From: an uncultured Actinomycetes bacterium
Lineage (GTDB): Bacteria; Actinomycetota; Thermoleophilia; Gaiellales; Gaiellaceae
NCBI GenBank assembly: GCA_963815965.1
Contig: CAWFIT010000012.1
Location: 83,740-147,739 of the forward strand
DNA: 64,000 bases
Reading direction: 5' to 3'
In this document: one piece after another, positions 29,005 to 38,499 of the stretch
Numbering within the stretch: the first letter of the stretch is position 1
Layout: the number at the start of each line of letters is the position of its first letter
Notes under the pieces: model-generated
Database searches by the model: none
What the model saw: only the letters and a program-made list of their open reading frames with translations
What the model was told of the DNA's origin: nothing
Position numbers and translations under genes: made by a program

Positions 29005-29420
29005 GTCTCGATCCACTCCTTGAGTCCTTGCCTAACGGAAGCGAGCCGCCGTTCGCCGAGCTGCGCCTGGGCGAGGGCGCCGAGCTCGGCGAGCGTGCGT
29101 TCGGCCACCGGCTCGAACCGGCGGGCCTTTTCGGTGAGCACGATGCGAAACGCGCGCCCGTCGTCGGGGTCGGGCTCGCGCCGCACCAGTCCGTCGCGTT
29201 CGAGGAGGCGCACCATCGTTGTCATCGTCTGCTTGCTCAGTCGCGCGCGCCGCGCGAGCGCGCCCATGCGCAGGCCGTCCTCTTCGAACAGCGGCACCAG
29301 GATCGAGCCGTAGCTGGCCCGCACCTCGCCCCACCCGGCAGCTCGGAAGCGCTCGTGCAAGCGCTCGTTCCAGTGCTGCGTTGCCTTGGCGAGCAGGAAG
29401 CCGAGATCGTCTCGATCCAC
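29001..29420 (-). CDS. MarR-family transcriptional regulator
   Basis: Intact 139 aa. ILVPLFEEDGLRMGALARRARLSKQTMTTMVRLLERDGLVRREPDPDDGRAFRIVLTEKA is a canonical MarR wHTH. Confidence 0.85.
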   Translation of the reverse strand: MDRDDLGFLLAKATQHWNERLHERFRAAGWGEVRASYGSILVPLFEEDGLRMGALARRARLSKQTMTTMVRLLERDGLVRREPDPDDGRAFRIVLTEKARRFEPVAERTLAELGALAQAQLGERRLASVRQGLKEWIET

Positions 29421-29423
29421 AGA

Positions 29424-29445
29424 TAGTCTTATATCAGACTAGTCT
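29424..29445. promoter_or_regulatory. AT-rich triple half-site palindrome, candidate operator/promoter of the divergent MarR and wHTH genes
   Basis: TAGTCT-tatatc-AGACTAGTCT: TAGTCT/AGACTA inverted repeat, plus the self-complementary AGACTAGTCT. It starts 4 nt from the MarR start codon and is the only AT-rich patch in this intergenic region. Confidence 0.4.
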
Positions 29446-29539
29446 TCCCGGGACGGCGCGGCTACGACCCCGCGGACACGCCACGCGCGCGCTCGATCGT
29501 TCGGCCGGCACCGAAGCGTCGGGCGCGTACGCTCTGGCC

Positions 29540-30250
29540 ATGCCACGACTGGGCACGGCATCCGTCGCGGGACTGTTCGCCGATCGATCGCGCGTCGCCA
29601 TGATCGACGTCCTCATGGACAGCCGCGAGCATGCGGTTGGGGCGCTGGCGAGGGCTGCGGGCATCGCGGCCTCGACGGCCACCGAGCACCTGAGCCGACT
29701 CGAGGACGGAGGCGTCGTCGTGGTACGCCGCACTGGTCGACAGCGGCTCGTCCAGTTGGCTGGTCCGTCGGTCGCCGCCGCGTACGAGGCGCTGGCCGAG
29801 CTCTCGGACGAGCGCGAGGCGAACGGCCTGCGCGCATGGACGCGCCGCGAACAGCTCCGCGCCGCAAGGACGTGCTACGACCACCTCGCGGGCCGGCTCG
29901 GCGTGGCGATCGCGGACGCGGCGCTCGCGGCGGGCGCGATCGAGCGAGACTGTTCGCTCGGGCGGTGCGCGCGAACGTGGTTCGGCGAGCTCGGAGTGGA
30001 CCTCGAGGCCCTCCCGCGCGGGCGCCGGCCGCTTCTTCGCGTCTGCATCGACTGGACCGAGCGACGCGAGCACCTAGCCGGTGCTCTGGGCGCAGCAATC
30101 TGCTCCGCCGTGCTGGACGCGGGCTGGGCAGTTAGACAACCGTCGTCGCGAGCGCTTCGGCTGACCCCGCGCGGCGAGACGGAGCTCGGCAGCCTCGGAA
30201 TCGCACTGACCGACACCGAAGCGCTCCAAGCTCGTCGGGCGAGCGTCTAG
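29540..30250 (+). CDS. ArsR-like winged-helix regulator with C-terminal extension
   Basis: LFADRSRVAMIDVLMDSREHAVGALARAAGIAASTATEHLSRLEDGGVVVV (ArsR HTH), followed by CYDHLAGRLG, as in ArsR-like proteins with a second domain. Confidence 0.7.
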   Translation: MPRLGTASVAGLFADRSRVAMIDVLMDSREHAVGALARAAGIAASTATEHLSRLEDGGVVVVRRTGRQRLVQLAGPSVAAAYEALAELSDEREANGLRAWTRREQLRAARTCYDHLAGRLGVAIADAALAAGAIERDCSLGRCARTWFGELGVDLEALPRGRRPLLRVCIDWTERREHLAGALGAAICSAVLDAGWAVRQPSSRALRLTPRGETELGSLGIALTDTEALQARRASV

Positions 30251-30260
30251 CCCCTTAACC

Positions 30261-31052
30261 GTGACTGGCCGCGTCGTCCGCATCTCGATTGCGCCGGTGA
30301 AGTCGCTCGGCCTGGTCCACCCGGACGAGGTGATGCTCGAACAAGGCGGTGTGAGCGGCGACCGGCGCTTCTGGCTCCGCGACGAGCAGGGTGCCCTGTA
30401 CGCAGGCAAGCGAGACGGGATGATGATGCGCATCCGCCCCGAGTGGGACGAGGAGACGCACCGTCTCGCACTCACATTTCCCGACGGCGAACGAGTGGAG
30501 GGGATCGTCGAGCTTGGCGAGCCCGTCGACGCGCAGCTCTATCGGCTCCCGCGACCGTCGCGCCGCGTGATCGGCCCGTGGCAACAAGCGATCTCGCAAT
30601 TCGTGTGCCGGCCGCTGGAGCTCCTCTGGGCTGACGACGGCGCCGTCGACCGGGCGCCGGAGGGCGGCACGGTTTCGCTCGTCTCGCGCGCCTCTCTCGA
30701 GCGGCTCCGCCACGAGGCCGGAGCCGTCGACGAGGTCGACGGGCGTCGGTTCCGGATGTTGTTCGAGATCGACGGCGTCGACGCGCACGAGGAGGATGCC
30801 TGGATCGGAACCGAGGTTCGGATCGGCGAGGCGACGATCCTCATCAACGGTGACATCGGACGTTGCGTGGTCACCTCTCGCGACCCCGACACCGGCGTCA
30901 TCGACCTACCAACGCTCGTCACGCTCGCCTCGTATCGGCCGGAGGGAGCGACCGAGCAGCTTCCGTTCGGCGTCTACGGGTCCGTGCTGTCTCCCGGTCG
31001 CGTGCGTATCGAAGACAGAACGCGTCGCCTGCTCGAACCGCTCAAAACCTAA
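30261..31052 (+). CDS. MOSC domain-containing protein
   Basis: VVRISIAPVKSLGLVHPDEV..GDRRFWLRDEQG (MOSC N beta-barrel) and RFRMLFEIDG..IGRCVVTSRDPDTG (conserved MOSC Cys). GTG start. Confidence 0.8.
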   Translation: MTGRVVRISIAPVKSLGLVHPDEVMLEQGGVSGDRRFWLRDEQGALYAGKRDGMMMRIRPEWDEETHRLALTFPDGERVEGIVELGEPVDAQLYRLPRPSRRVIGPWQQAISQFVCRPLELLWADDGAVDRAPEGGTVSLVSRASLERLRHEAGAVDEVDGRRFRMLFEIDGVDAHEEDAWIGTEVRIGEATILINGDIGRCVVTSRDPDTGVIDLPTLVTLASYRPEGATEQLPFGVYGSVLSPGRVRIEDRTRRLLEPLKT

Positions 31053-31150
31053 CGAGGTTCACCTTCCCGACGGCCGATGGGCGATCGCCGTGCCGTCCGC
31101 GGAGACGACGACTTCGGTTCGCATCGGCGGCGGTCGATCACTTGCGCTGT

Positions 31151-31348
31151 TCAAGACCCGGCAACGCTCCCGCTTGAAGACTGGCGGCTGGCCGACAAGT
31201 CGAAAGGTCGCTCGCGGATGAACCGCACCAGCTCGATCTCGTTCTTGGTCAACTCTGGCGGACCTTCCGCGTCCTCGATCTGCGACCGCAGATGTTCCTT
31301 GACGGCCGATGCCGTGAACTCCCGCAGGAAGTGTCTGATGCCCTTCAT
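31151..31348 (-). CDS. small hypothetical protein downstream of the SARP-hydrolase-cyclase gene
   Basis: Strong SD AGGGAGGAAG before ATG 31348, 33 nt after the upstream stop. MKGIRHFLREFTASAVKEHLRSQIEDAEGPPELTKNEIELVRFIRERPFD has a normal composition. The Ser-rich tail may be out of frame. Confidence 0.35.
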   Translation of the reverse strand: MKGIRHFLREFTASAVKEHLRSQIEDAEGPPELTKNEIELVRFIRERPFDLSASRQSSSGSVAGS

Positions 31349-31381
31349 TTCTTCCTCCCTTACTGTGCTTCTCAAACGCGA

Positions 31382-33520
31382 TCAGATCCGGGCCGTGAAG
31401 AGGCGCCACGAGCCCGGCACGCCGTCCAGGTCCCGCTCGCCGCGCTCCTCAAAGGCGATGCCCGAACCGGCGACGATGTCCTTGACCGTGCTGGAGACGA
31501 CCACCTCTCCCGGCTGCGCCACCGCGGCGATGCGGGCGGCGATGTGGACTGCGAGGCCGCGCAGGCCGCCATCCGCCTGCTCTACCTCGCCCGTGTGCAC
31601 TCCTGCCCGTACCGCTAGGTCCAACGTCTTGAGCCCGTCCGCGATCGCCGAGGCGCACCGGACCGCGCGCGCCGGGCCGTCGAACGTCGCGAAGACGCCG
31701 TCGCCGACCATGTCCACCTCGTGCCCGCGAAAACGAGCGAGCTGGGCGCGCACGAGGCGATGGTGCTTGGTGAGTAGGTCTTTCCAGCCGCTGTCGCCGA
31801 GTTCCGCCGCCTTCTCCGTAGATCCGACGATGTCAGTGAACAGAAGTGTTGTGAGCACGCGGTCAGGCTGCACTTCCTCCTGAACACCGGTCAGAAAGCG
31901 TTCGATCTCGAGGAGGAGCGCGTTTTGATCTCCCTCCCAGGGGAGGTGGTCGTTTCCCGGCAACTCGACCACGCGTGCGCCCGAGATGTGCTCGCCCATG
32001 AAGCGAGACCCGTCGCGCCAGGTTTCCTGTGCCCGGTGAAGCACGAGGGTCGGGACGCTGATCGTCGGCAGCAGGTCGCGGACGTCGATCTCGGCGTTCA
32101 TGAGCCGGAGCGCCTTGCTCGCGCTGGGGCTCGCGCCGCGTCCCACGTACGACACGTACCAGCGCAGCGCCGCCGGGTCGCGCACGATGTCCGGGGCGAC
32201 GCGGCTGAGCCAGTCTCTAGTCGCAAGCGCTGCCCAGTCGTCCTCCTCGAGGAGGGCGAGGCGCCGGCGGAGATTCTCTTCGCTCACGCCCCAGGGGTAG
32301 TCCGGCGCCTGCATCTCACGCGGGAAGGTGCCCATCAGGACGAGCGCGGCGGCTCGCGCGGGGTGGGTCGCGGCGAAGAGCGTCGACATCGCTCCTCCTT
32401 CGGAGAGACCCAGCAAGATCGCCCGCTCCGAGCCGACAGAGTCAAGCACGGCACGAACGTCGTCCATACGCGTTTCCAGGTCGGGCAGACGCTCCGGGGA
32501 AACTCGATCGGAGAGGCCGGTGCCGCGCTTGTCGAAGAGGATGAGTCGACCCATCGACGCGAGCCGCCGGTAAAAGGCCGCGAGCTTCGGGTATTCCCAA
32601 CCGGGCTGAAAGGCGCAGACCCAGCCATGGACGAGAACGAGGTCGAGCGGTCCGTCACCGACGACCTGGTAGGCGATCCTGATATCGCCGCTTCGCGCGT
32701 AGGAGACCTCGCCCACCGGAGCCGTGCTGACGACTCCGGCATCTGGCGTGGACGCGGTGGCGCGCACCTCCGTGCTTGTCGGCAGCTCGAGGGATGTGTC
32801 CTGCTGCAGCATTAGCCGCTCGAGCTCGCGCAGCGAAGCCGACGGCTCGATCCCGAGCTCCTCGGCGAGCGTCCGCCGGAATGTCTGGTAGCTCGCGAGC
32901 GCCTCGGCGTGCCGCCCCGATCCGTAGAGCGCGAGCATGTGCTGGGAGCGAAGACGCTCGCGTAGCGGGTGTTGGGCAATCAGCGTCTCGAGCTCGCCGA
33001 CGACCTCGCGCTGATGCCCAAGCGCGAGCTCCGCCTCGATTCGTAATTCGACTGCGGCCAGGCGTAGCTCCTCGAGACGCCCGCCCTCGTGCCTGCCGAA
33101 GGGTTCAGCGAACTCGGCGAGGGCCGGCCCGCGCCAGAGCGCAAGCGCGCCGGTCAGCAGCTCCCTTGCCTTCTCGGAGTTGTTCTGCGCGAGCGCCTGC
33201 CGGGCGCCGGCGACCGAGTGCTCGAAACGGGAGAGATCGAGTTCGTCGTCGCCTACCTCGAGCAAGTAGCCGGGCGCGCGTGTGTGCAGCCGCGGCTCCG
33301 GCAGCGCCTTCCGCAGCTGCGACACGTGGATCTGCACCATCTTCTGCGCCGAGTCCGGCACGGTCTCGCCCCAGAGCGCGTCGATGAGTTGCTCGCGGGA
33401 AACCGTGTGGTTGGCGTTCAGGAGCAGGATCGCGAGGAGCGCCCGCTGCTTGCCCGCCGCGATCTGCACCGGCACGCCAGCGCGCAGAACCTCTAGCGGG
33501 CCGAGGAGGCGAAAGTCCAT
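31382..33520 (-). CDS. SARP (OmpR-type wHTH + BTAD) - alpha/beta-hydrolase - class III cyclase three-module protein
   Basis: Intact 712 aa. MDFRLLGPLEV..QRALLAILLL..LIDALWGE (wHTH); WRGPALAEF..LRERLRSQHMLALYGSGRHAEALASYQ (BTAD); LVLVHGW..LLGLSEGGAM (GxSxG) ..HLPWEGD (hydrolase); TLLFTDIVGSTEKA..GHEVDMVGDGVFATF..GLAVHIAARIAAVAQPGEVVVS (cyclase). Confidence 0.85.
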   Translation of the reverse strand: MDFRLLGPLEVLRAGVPVQIAAGKQRALLAILLLNANHTVSREQLIDALWGETVPDSAQKMVQIHVSQLRKALPEPRLHTRAPGYLLEVGDDELDLSRFEHSVAGARQALAQNNSEKARELLTGALALWRGPALAEFAEPFGRHEGGRLEELRLAAVELRIEAELALGHQREVVGELETLIAQHPLRERLRSQHMLALYGSGRHAEALASYQTFRRTLAEELGIEPSASLRELERLMLQQDTSLELPTSTEVRATASTPDAGVVSTAPVGEVSYARSGDIRIAYQVVGDGPLDLVLVHGWVCAFQPGWEYPKLAAFYRRLASMGRLILFDKRGTGLSDRVSPERLPDLETRMDDVRAVLDSVGSERAILLGLSEGGAMSTLFAATHPARAAALVLMGTFPREMQAPDYPWGVSEENLRRRLALLEEDDWAALATRDWLSRVAPDIVRDPAALRWYVSYVGRGASPSASKALRLMNAEIDVRDLLPTISVPTLVLHRAQETWRDGSRFMGEHISGARVVELPGNDHLPWEGDQNALLLEIERFLTGVQEEVQPDRVLTTLLFTDIVGSTEKAAELGDSGWKDLLTKHHRLVRAQLARFRGHEVDMVGDGVFATFDGPARAVRCASAIADGLKTLDLAVRAGVHTGEVEQADGGLRGLAVHIAARIAAVAQPGEVVVSSTVKDIVAGSGIAFEERGERDLDGVPGSWRLFTARI

Positions 33521-33580
33521 CTCGAGATGTGTCTGAAGCTACCACCGTTCCGGCCGTCGGCTGGTTCCCTTTGCCATGCA

Positions 33581-33614
33581 CGCGAAGAGCCGCCCCGCGG
33601 GGCGGCTCTTCGCG
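33581..33614 (-). terminator. perfect 34-nt palindrome (15-bp stem hairpin) after the small secreted-protein gene
   Basis: CGCGAAGAGCCGCCCCG|CGGGGCGGCTCTTCGCG is exactly self-complementary. It lies 25 nt downstream of the stop at 33639 (minus strand). No T-tract. Confidence 0.5.
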
Positions 33615-33638
33615 TAGGTTGGGCTACCTCGGCCGACG

Positions 33639-34109
33639 CTACGTGCACTCGATGCTCAGGTTGTCGTGCTGGACGATCACGTCGTCGCCGTCGATCGTCA
33701 TGTGGGCGGTCTCGTGGACGAGGAGGTTGTTCCCAGGCCCGGGCCCGATCAGCCGGAAGTTGTTCACGTACGTCAGTGTGTAATGCCCGTTCTGGACGCT
33801 CCCGGTGGACGTGCCCTGAGTGACGCCCGTGACGCGGTAGACGTCGCCGGTGATCCCCCCGACCATGGTTCCGTGCGGCTGGAACTGGAACCGATCCGAG
33901 GTGTTGTTGTCATTGACGGTCGAGGTGATCAGGTTGTGAACGTCGATCCTGCCGGAGAGGATCTCGCCGGCGCCGCCGTTGGCGCACGGTACGAACCCAG
34001 CGAAGCTGATCGAAGCCATGTCGTTCGTGATGACCTCCGCCTGAGCTGCGCTTACGCTCGCCGCCGTCCCTACGGTGGCTATCGCAAGTAGTACGAGAAT
34101 GCGCTTCAT
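33639..34109 (-). CDS. small secreted hypothetical protein
   Basis: SD AAGGAGG before ATG 34109. Signal peptide MKRILVLLAIATVGTAASVSAAQA. 156 aa, beta-rich, two Cys. Noticeably lower GC than its neighbours. Confidence 0.65.
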   Translation of the reverse strand: MKRILVLLAIATVGTAASVSAAQAEVITNDMASISFAGFVPCANGGAGEILSGRIDVHNLITSTVNDNNTSDRFQFQPHGTMVGGITGDVYRVTGVTQGTSTGSVQNGHYTLTYVNNFRLIGPGPGNNLLVHETAHMTIDGDDVIVQHDNLSIECT

Positions 34110-34161
34110 TGTGATTCGCCTCCTTGCTGGTTGTCCGGCCAGGCGCCGGATGAGTCGACGC

Positions 34162-35388
34162 CTAGGAGACGCGACCGCGGTTGCCGGTCGATAGAGCCGG
34201 CGGTAAAGCGCTGGTAAGCGCGGCCGCACGTCGCGAGTCGGGATCGTGGGCGAGGGTGGCCGCGGCACCGAGGAAGAAAGCGCCCATGGTGGCGCCAAGC
34301 GCGCTGTAACCGCCGACGGTGAGCGCGGCACCGCCTGCGATCGAGCCCGCGAGGTAGCCGAACTGCATAGTCGCCGCGCGGAGGCTCGTCACGGCCGGCC
34401 GGATCTCGGGCGCTGTCGCAAGTGCGAACGCGTTCGCGACGAGGGCGCGTCCCCCGGCCAGGAACGCCGCGCCGGCGAAGAGAGCCGTGCTCGCCGCGAT
34501 GCCCGTGCGCGCCGCGCCGAAGAGGCTGTCCGTCAGCGCAAGCAGGACCGCGAGCCGGACGAGCACTCGGCGTGGCTCATCGCCGACAAGCCGACGACCG
34601 AGCAGGTTGCCCGCGACGTAAGCGACCGCCGCGATCGCGAGCAGGCACCCCGTCAACGTGGTTGACGTCGCGTACGACTCGGCGAAGAGCGCACCTGCGA
34701 AGACGAGTGTTCCCGCCCAGGCGGCGTTGGCGAGTAGCTCAGACGCCAGCCAGCGCGCCAGCGTAGGGTCGGCGAGGGCCGTGCGAGCGCGTGCGGGTCG
34801 CGATTGCGCGGGCGGCTGCCCCGCCCGCGAGGCGACGAGGATCGCCGCTGACGCCGCGGCAACAGGAGGCAGTGCCAGCCATCCGAGGCGCCAGCTGCAC
34901 TCACCCAGCGCGCCGACCAGCGGCATGCCAACGATCCAGGCGGCGGGCTGGCCGACAAGCGCCCAGGACAGAGTGCGCGTCCGCAGTTCGGGCGTTACCC
35001 ATTCCGCGGCGGCGAGCGTTCCCGCCGTCGTCAGCACGGCGACGGCGATGCCCACCGGCACCTGGGCGAGGGCCAGCAGCGCGAAGGTCGGAGCCGCCGC
35101 GCTTGCGATCGAGGCGAGCGCCAAGACCAGCGAGGCCACCAGGAGCTGGCGGCCGAGGCCGATGCGTCCGGCGACGGCGCCGAGCATCAGTGCCGTGATG
35201 CCTGCGGCCAGGCCGGTGATCGTCCGCAACTGACCCGCCGCGGCCGTCGACACGTGGAGGTCGCCAGCCGCCTCCGCCAGGACCGGCGACATCGCGATCA
35301 GCGCCGCCTGGCTCGCGAACAGGCACAGGAACAGAGCGATGCTTACCGCGCGGTACCCGCCGTTCTTGTCGCCTCTGGTTGTCCCCAT
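34162..35388 (-). CDS. MFS transporter
   Basis: Intact 408 aa with ~12 hydrophobic segments. GRIGLGRQLL loop motif between TM2 and TM3. Confidence 0.8.
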   Translation of the reverse strand: MGTTRGDKNGGYRAVSIALFLCLFASQAALIAMSPVLAEAAGDLHVSTAAAGQLRTITGLAAGITALMLGAVAGRIGLGRQLLVASLVLALASIASAAAPTFALLALAQVPVGIAVAVLTTAGTLAAAEWVTPELRTRTLSWALVGQPAAWIVGMPLVGALGECSWRLGWLALPPVAAASAAILVASRAGQPPAQSRPARARTALADPTLARWLASELLANAAWAGTLVFAGALFAESYATSTTLTGCLLAIAAVAYVAGNLLGRRLVGDEPRRVLVRLAVLLALTDSLFGAARTGIAASTALFAGAAFLAGGRALVANAFALATAPEIRPAVTSLRAATMQFGYLAGSIAGGAALTVGGYSALGATMGAFFLGAAATLAHDPDSRRAAALTSALPPALSTGNRGRVS

Positions 35389-35605
35389 TGCGTGCCTCCA
35401 GGCTCGTGGTTGCCTCAGGAGACAGGCGGCCGGTCAACGGCGGGTTGCGACGGAGGAAGGTCCGCGGTAAAGCGAACGCCCGCACGGACCCGGATCCGCT
35501 GTTACTCCAGCTTTACCGGCGTCTCAACCGGCGACCAACCGCGCGGGTGTCTCCTACCTCGCGACCGACCGGCATGGAGCCGGACAACGAGTAGGAGGAG
35601 ATCGA

Positions 35606-36175
35606 ATGACCACGACCATGGACGCGATCCGCAACGGCGTCGACACCGAGCAGCTGTTCGGGACGCTCGACGCGATCAAGGCGGACCCCTCGCTCGCGAG
35701 GTTCCAGTTCCGCGCACGGAACCGCTGGATCGACGGAGCGCACAACCGGACGACAATCCGCGACTTCTACGCCGCCAATCAGGAAGACACCTCGCGCGCC
35801 GAGGAGTTCGTGCTCGACGCCGGCGAGCCGGCGATCCTGCTGGGCACGGACACCGGGCCGAACCCGGCCGAGTACCTGCTCCACGCGCTCGCCGCCTGCC
35901 TGACCACCTCGCTCGTCTACGTCGCCGCCGCCCGCGGCGTCCAGCTGACCGAGGTGGAGTCGACGCTCGAGGGCGACATGGACGTACAGGGTGCACTCGG
36001 CCTGTCGGACGAGTACCGCAACGGCTTCGAGCGGATTCGCGTCTCCTTCCGCGTCGAGGGCAACGCGCCCGAGGAGAAGTTGCGGGAGATCGTCGCGCGC
36101 GCACAGCAGCGCTCGGCCGTCTTCGACATGGTCACGAACAGCGTCCCGGTCACGGTGGACGTGGCGACTGCATGA
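35606..36175 (+). CDS. OsmC-family peroxiredoxin-like protein
   Basis: SD GGAGGAG before ATG 35606. GPNPAEYLLHALAACLTTSLVYVAAARGV and RAQQRSAVFDMV (the OsmC Cys and C-terminal motifs). Confidence 0.85.
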   Translation: MTTTMDAIRNGVDTEQLFGTLDAIKADPSLARFQFRARNRWIDGAHNRTTIRDFYAANQEDTSRAEEFVLDAGEPAILLGTDTGPNPAEYLLHALAACLTTSLVYVAAARGVQLTEVESTLEGDMDVQGALGLSDEYRNGFERIRVSFRVEGNAPEEKLREIVARAQQRSAVFDMVTNSVPVTVDVATA

Positions 36176-36820
36176 CCGCGACCGCACAGCGGTTGGCGGC
36201 CTCCGAACAGGCGGCTGCCAACCGCTTGCCGCAGAGGAAGAGACCGATGCCACCTGCTTTCAAGCTCATCACCGATCCGACGCGAGAGTCCACGCTGATC
36301 GCCGGACTTCGTCGATGCCATGAGCACGCTCGCGAGCGGCGTCGTGCTGGTCACCGTCTGGGTTGCCGACAGGCCCTGGGGGATGACCGTCACCGCGTTC
36401 GCTTCGGTATCCGCCGAGCCGCCGACGGTCCTCGTCTCGCTCGGCTCGGAGACGACGAGCGCGCGTGAGATCACTGCAACCCGGAGCTTCGGCGTCAGCA
36501 TCCTCGCCGAGGAGCAGCTCGCGGTCGCCCGCCTCGGCTCGGAGCCTGGCGCGGCCAAGTTCCTCGAGCCCTTTGTCGACACTGGCGACGGGAGCAGCGA
36601 CAGCCCGGTCGTCGCCGGCGCGCTCGCCCACCTCGATTGTGAGCTGTCGGACGCCGTTCAGATCGCCGACCACACGATCCTCTTCGGCCGTGTTCGCGCT
36701 GCACGTGCGTCATGCAGCGGCAGGCCGCTCCTGTACCACCGCCGCGGCTACCGGACGCTCGGCGACCGTGCCGCGGGACGCCCACCGACTGAAACGGAGC
36801 TCAAATGTCTCTCGAGCTGA
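36172..36820 (+). pseudogene. flavin reductase-like (FMN-binding split barrel) protein, one frame break (~36300)
   Basis: ATG 36172 overlaps the OsmC stop (ATGA). After a +1 break the sequence reads DFVDAMSTLASGVVLVTVWVADRPWGMTVTAFASVSAEPPTVLVSLG..HLDCEL..ADHTILFGRV..YHRRGYRTL. Confidence 0.65.
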
Positions 36821-38023
36821 CAGCCAGAACCGACCCCGGCGTGCGCCTGGTCGCGCTCGCCGAGACGCTGGCGAACGAGATCGCCCCGCGTGCCGCAGAC
36901 CACGACCGCGACGGGACCTTCCCTTTCGACAGCTTCGCTGCCGTCAAGCAAAGCGGCTACCTCGCTGCGCCGGTCCCCGAGCAGCTCGGCGGTCTCGGCG
37001 TCACCTCCGTTCACGACCTGCTCGTCGCGTCGAGCCGGCTCGCCCGCGGCGACGCGGCGCTGACCCTGGGCGTGAACATGCACCTCGTCTTCGTGTCCAG
37101 CGTCGCGCGCCGTTGGCAAATGGCGACGGCAGCAGGCGACGAGCGACGCGCTGGAGCCTTCGGTGAGACGCTAGAGGAGGTCGCGAAAGACGGCACCGTC
37201 TTTGTCGCCGCCGGCAGCGAGCTGAGGCAGGATCTCACGCGCCCGACGACGACGGCGAAGCGCACCGAGACGGGCTGGATCGTCTCCGGGCACAAGGTGT
37301 TCTGCACGATGGCGCCCGCCGCCGACGTCCTCTACACCGCCGTCACCTACACGGACGACGGCGGCCGTGAGCGGTACGGCTACGCGATGGTCCCGCGCCG
37401 AACCCCGGGCGTGGTCGTCCATGACGACTGGGACGCGCTCGGCATGCGCGCTTCGGGCAGCCACTCCGTGTCGTTCGAGAACGTGCGGCTTCCGTTGTCG
37501 GCGCTTCGCGGCGGTTTCCCGATCGGGGACACCATCCAGTACATGGAGAGGAATCTCGCGGCCGGGCTCTTCCACGCAGCCGCCGCTCTCGGGATCGCAG
37601 AGAGTGCGCACGCGAGCGTCGCCGCCGGACTCGCGCGTCGCGACGGTCTCGACCCGCACGCGCAGATGCTCGCTGCGCAGACCTTCGTCGATCTCTCCGC
37701 CTGCCGCGCGGTGTTCTCGCGCGCCGCCGCGCTGATCGACGAGCACCACGAGCGCAACCCGACCTCGCGCGGAACCGCTGCAGGAGCTGACGCAACTATT
37801 CGCGGAAGCCCAGAGCGCCAAGCTCTACATCGGCGAGGCCGCGGTCCGCATCGTCGACCGCGCGCTCGCGCTCTCCGGCGGCTCCGGTTACCTGAACGGC
37901 AGCCCCCTCGCCCGCGCCTACCGCGACGTCCGCGCAGTGCCTTTCATGCACCCGCTCGGCGCGAACCGTGCCTACGCCTTCCTCGGGCAGCTCGCCGCGG
38001 GCCGCGAGCCGAGTCTCCACTGA
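36805..38023 (+). pseudogene. acyl-CoA dehydrogenase family protein, one frame break (~37768)
   Basis: FPFDSFAAVKQSGYLAAPVPEQLGG, GWIVSGHKVFCT, DDWDALGMRASGSHSVSFENV. After the break: LQELTQLFAEAQSAKLYIGEAAVRIVDRALALSGGSGYLNGSPLARAYRDVRAVPFMHP, stop at 38021-38023. The 710-aa track ORF is wrong-frame read-through. Confidence 0.8.
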
Positions 38024-38040
38024 TAAACAACGCTCGGTCC

Positions 38041-38496
38041 TCAGCTCACCGCTTTCTTCACGAGCGCGGCGATCTTTGCCTCGTCGGCGGCGGTCAACTT
38101 CTTCAGCGCGAAGGAGGTCGTCCACATGGCGCCTTCGTCGAGATTCGCCGCTTCTTCGAAGCCGAACGTCGCGTACCTCGAGTTGAACTTCCCCGCGCTC
38201 TTGAAGAAGCACACGACCTTGCCGTCCTTTGCGTACGCGGGCATTCCGTACCAGGTCTTCGGCCAGAGGGCCGGCGCGGTGGTCGCGATCATGGCATGGA
38301 GCCGCTTGGCCATTGCGCGATCCGATTCCTTCATCTCGGCGATCGCCGCGAGCACGTCGCGTTCCCCTTCCGCTCGGTTCTTGCTCGCTCGCTCCTCTGC
38401 CTTCAGCTCTCGGGCACGAGCCTTCATCGCGGCGCGTTCCTCGGCCGTGAATCCCTTGTCGGACTTTCGCGTGCCCTTCTTTTTGGTCTCGGCCAT
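38041..38496 (-). CDS. DUF1801 (YdhG-like) domain protein with Lys/Glu-rich N-terminus
   Basis: Intact 151 aa. [48 protein letters not shown]. Confidence 0.7.
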   Translation of the reverse strand: MAETKKKGTRKSDKGFTAEERAAMKARARELKAEERASKNRAEGERDVLAAIAEMKESDRAMAKRLHAMIATTAPALWPKTWYGMPAYAKDGKVVCFFKSAGKFNSRYATFGFEEAANLDEGAMWTTSFALKKLTAADEAKIAALVKKAVS

Positions 38497-38499
38497 CGC

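Noticed and set aside
35389-35605. Riboswitch or structured leader in the 217-nt region upstream of the OsmC gene (CGGTAAAGC ... GCTTTACCG inverted repeat)
   Set aside because: There is a single 9-bp long-range pairing with a 37-nt loop. No recognisable riboswitch core motifs are present (no TPP CTGAGA, SAM or cobalamin boxes). There is not enough structure to support an RNA element.
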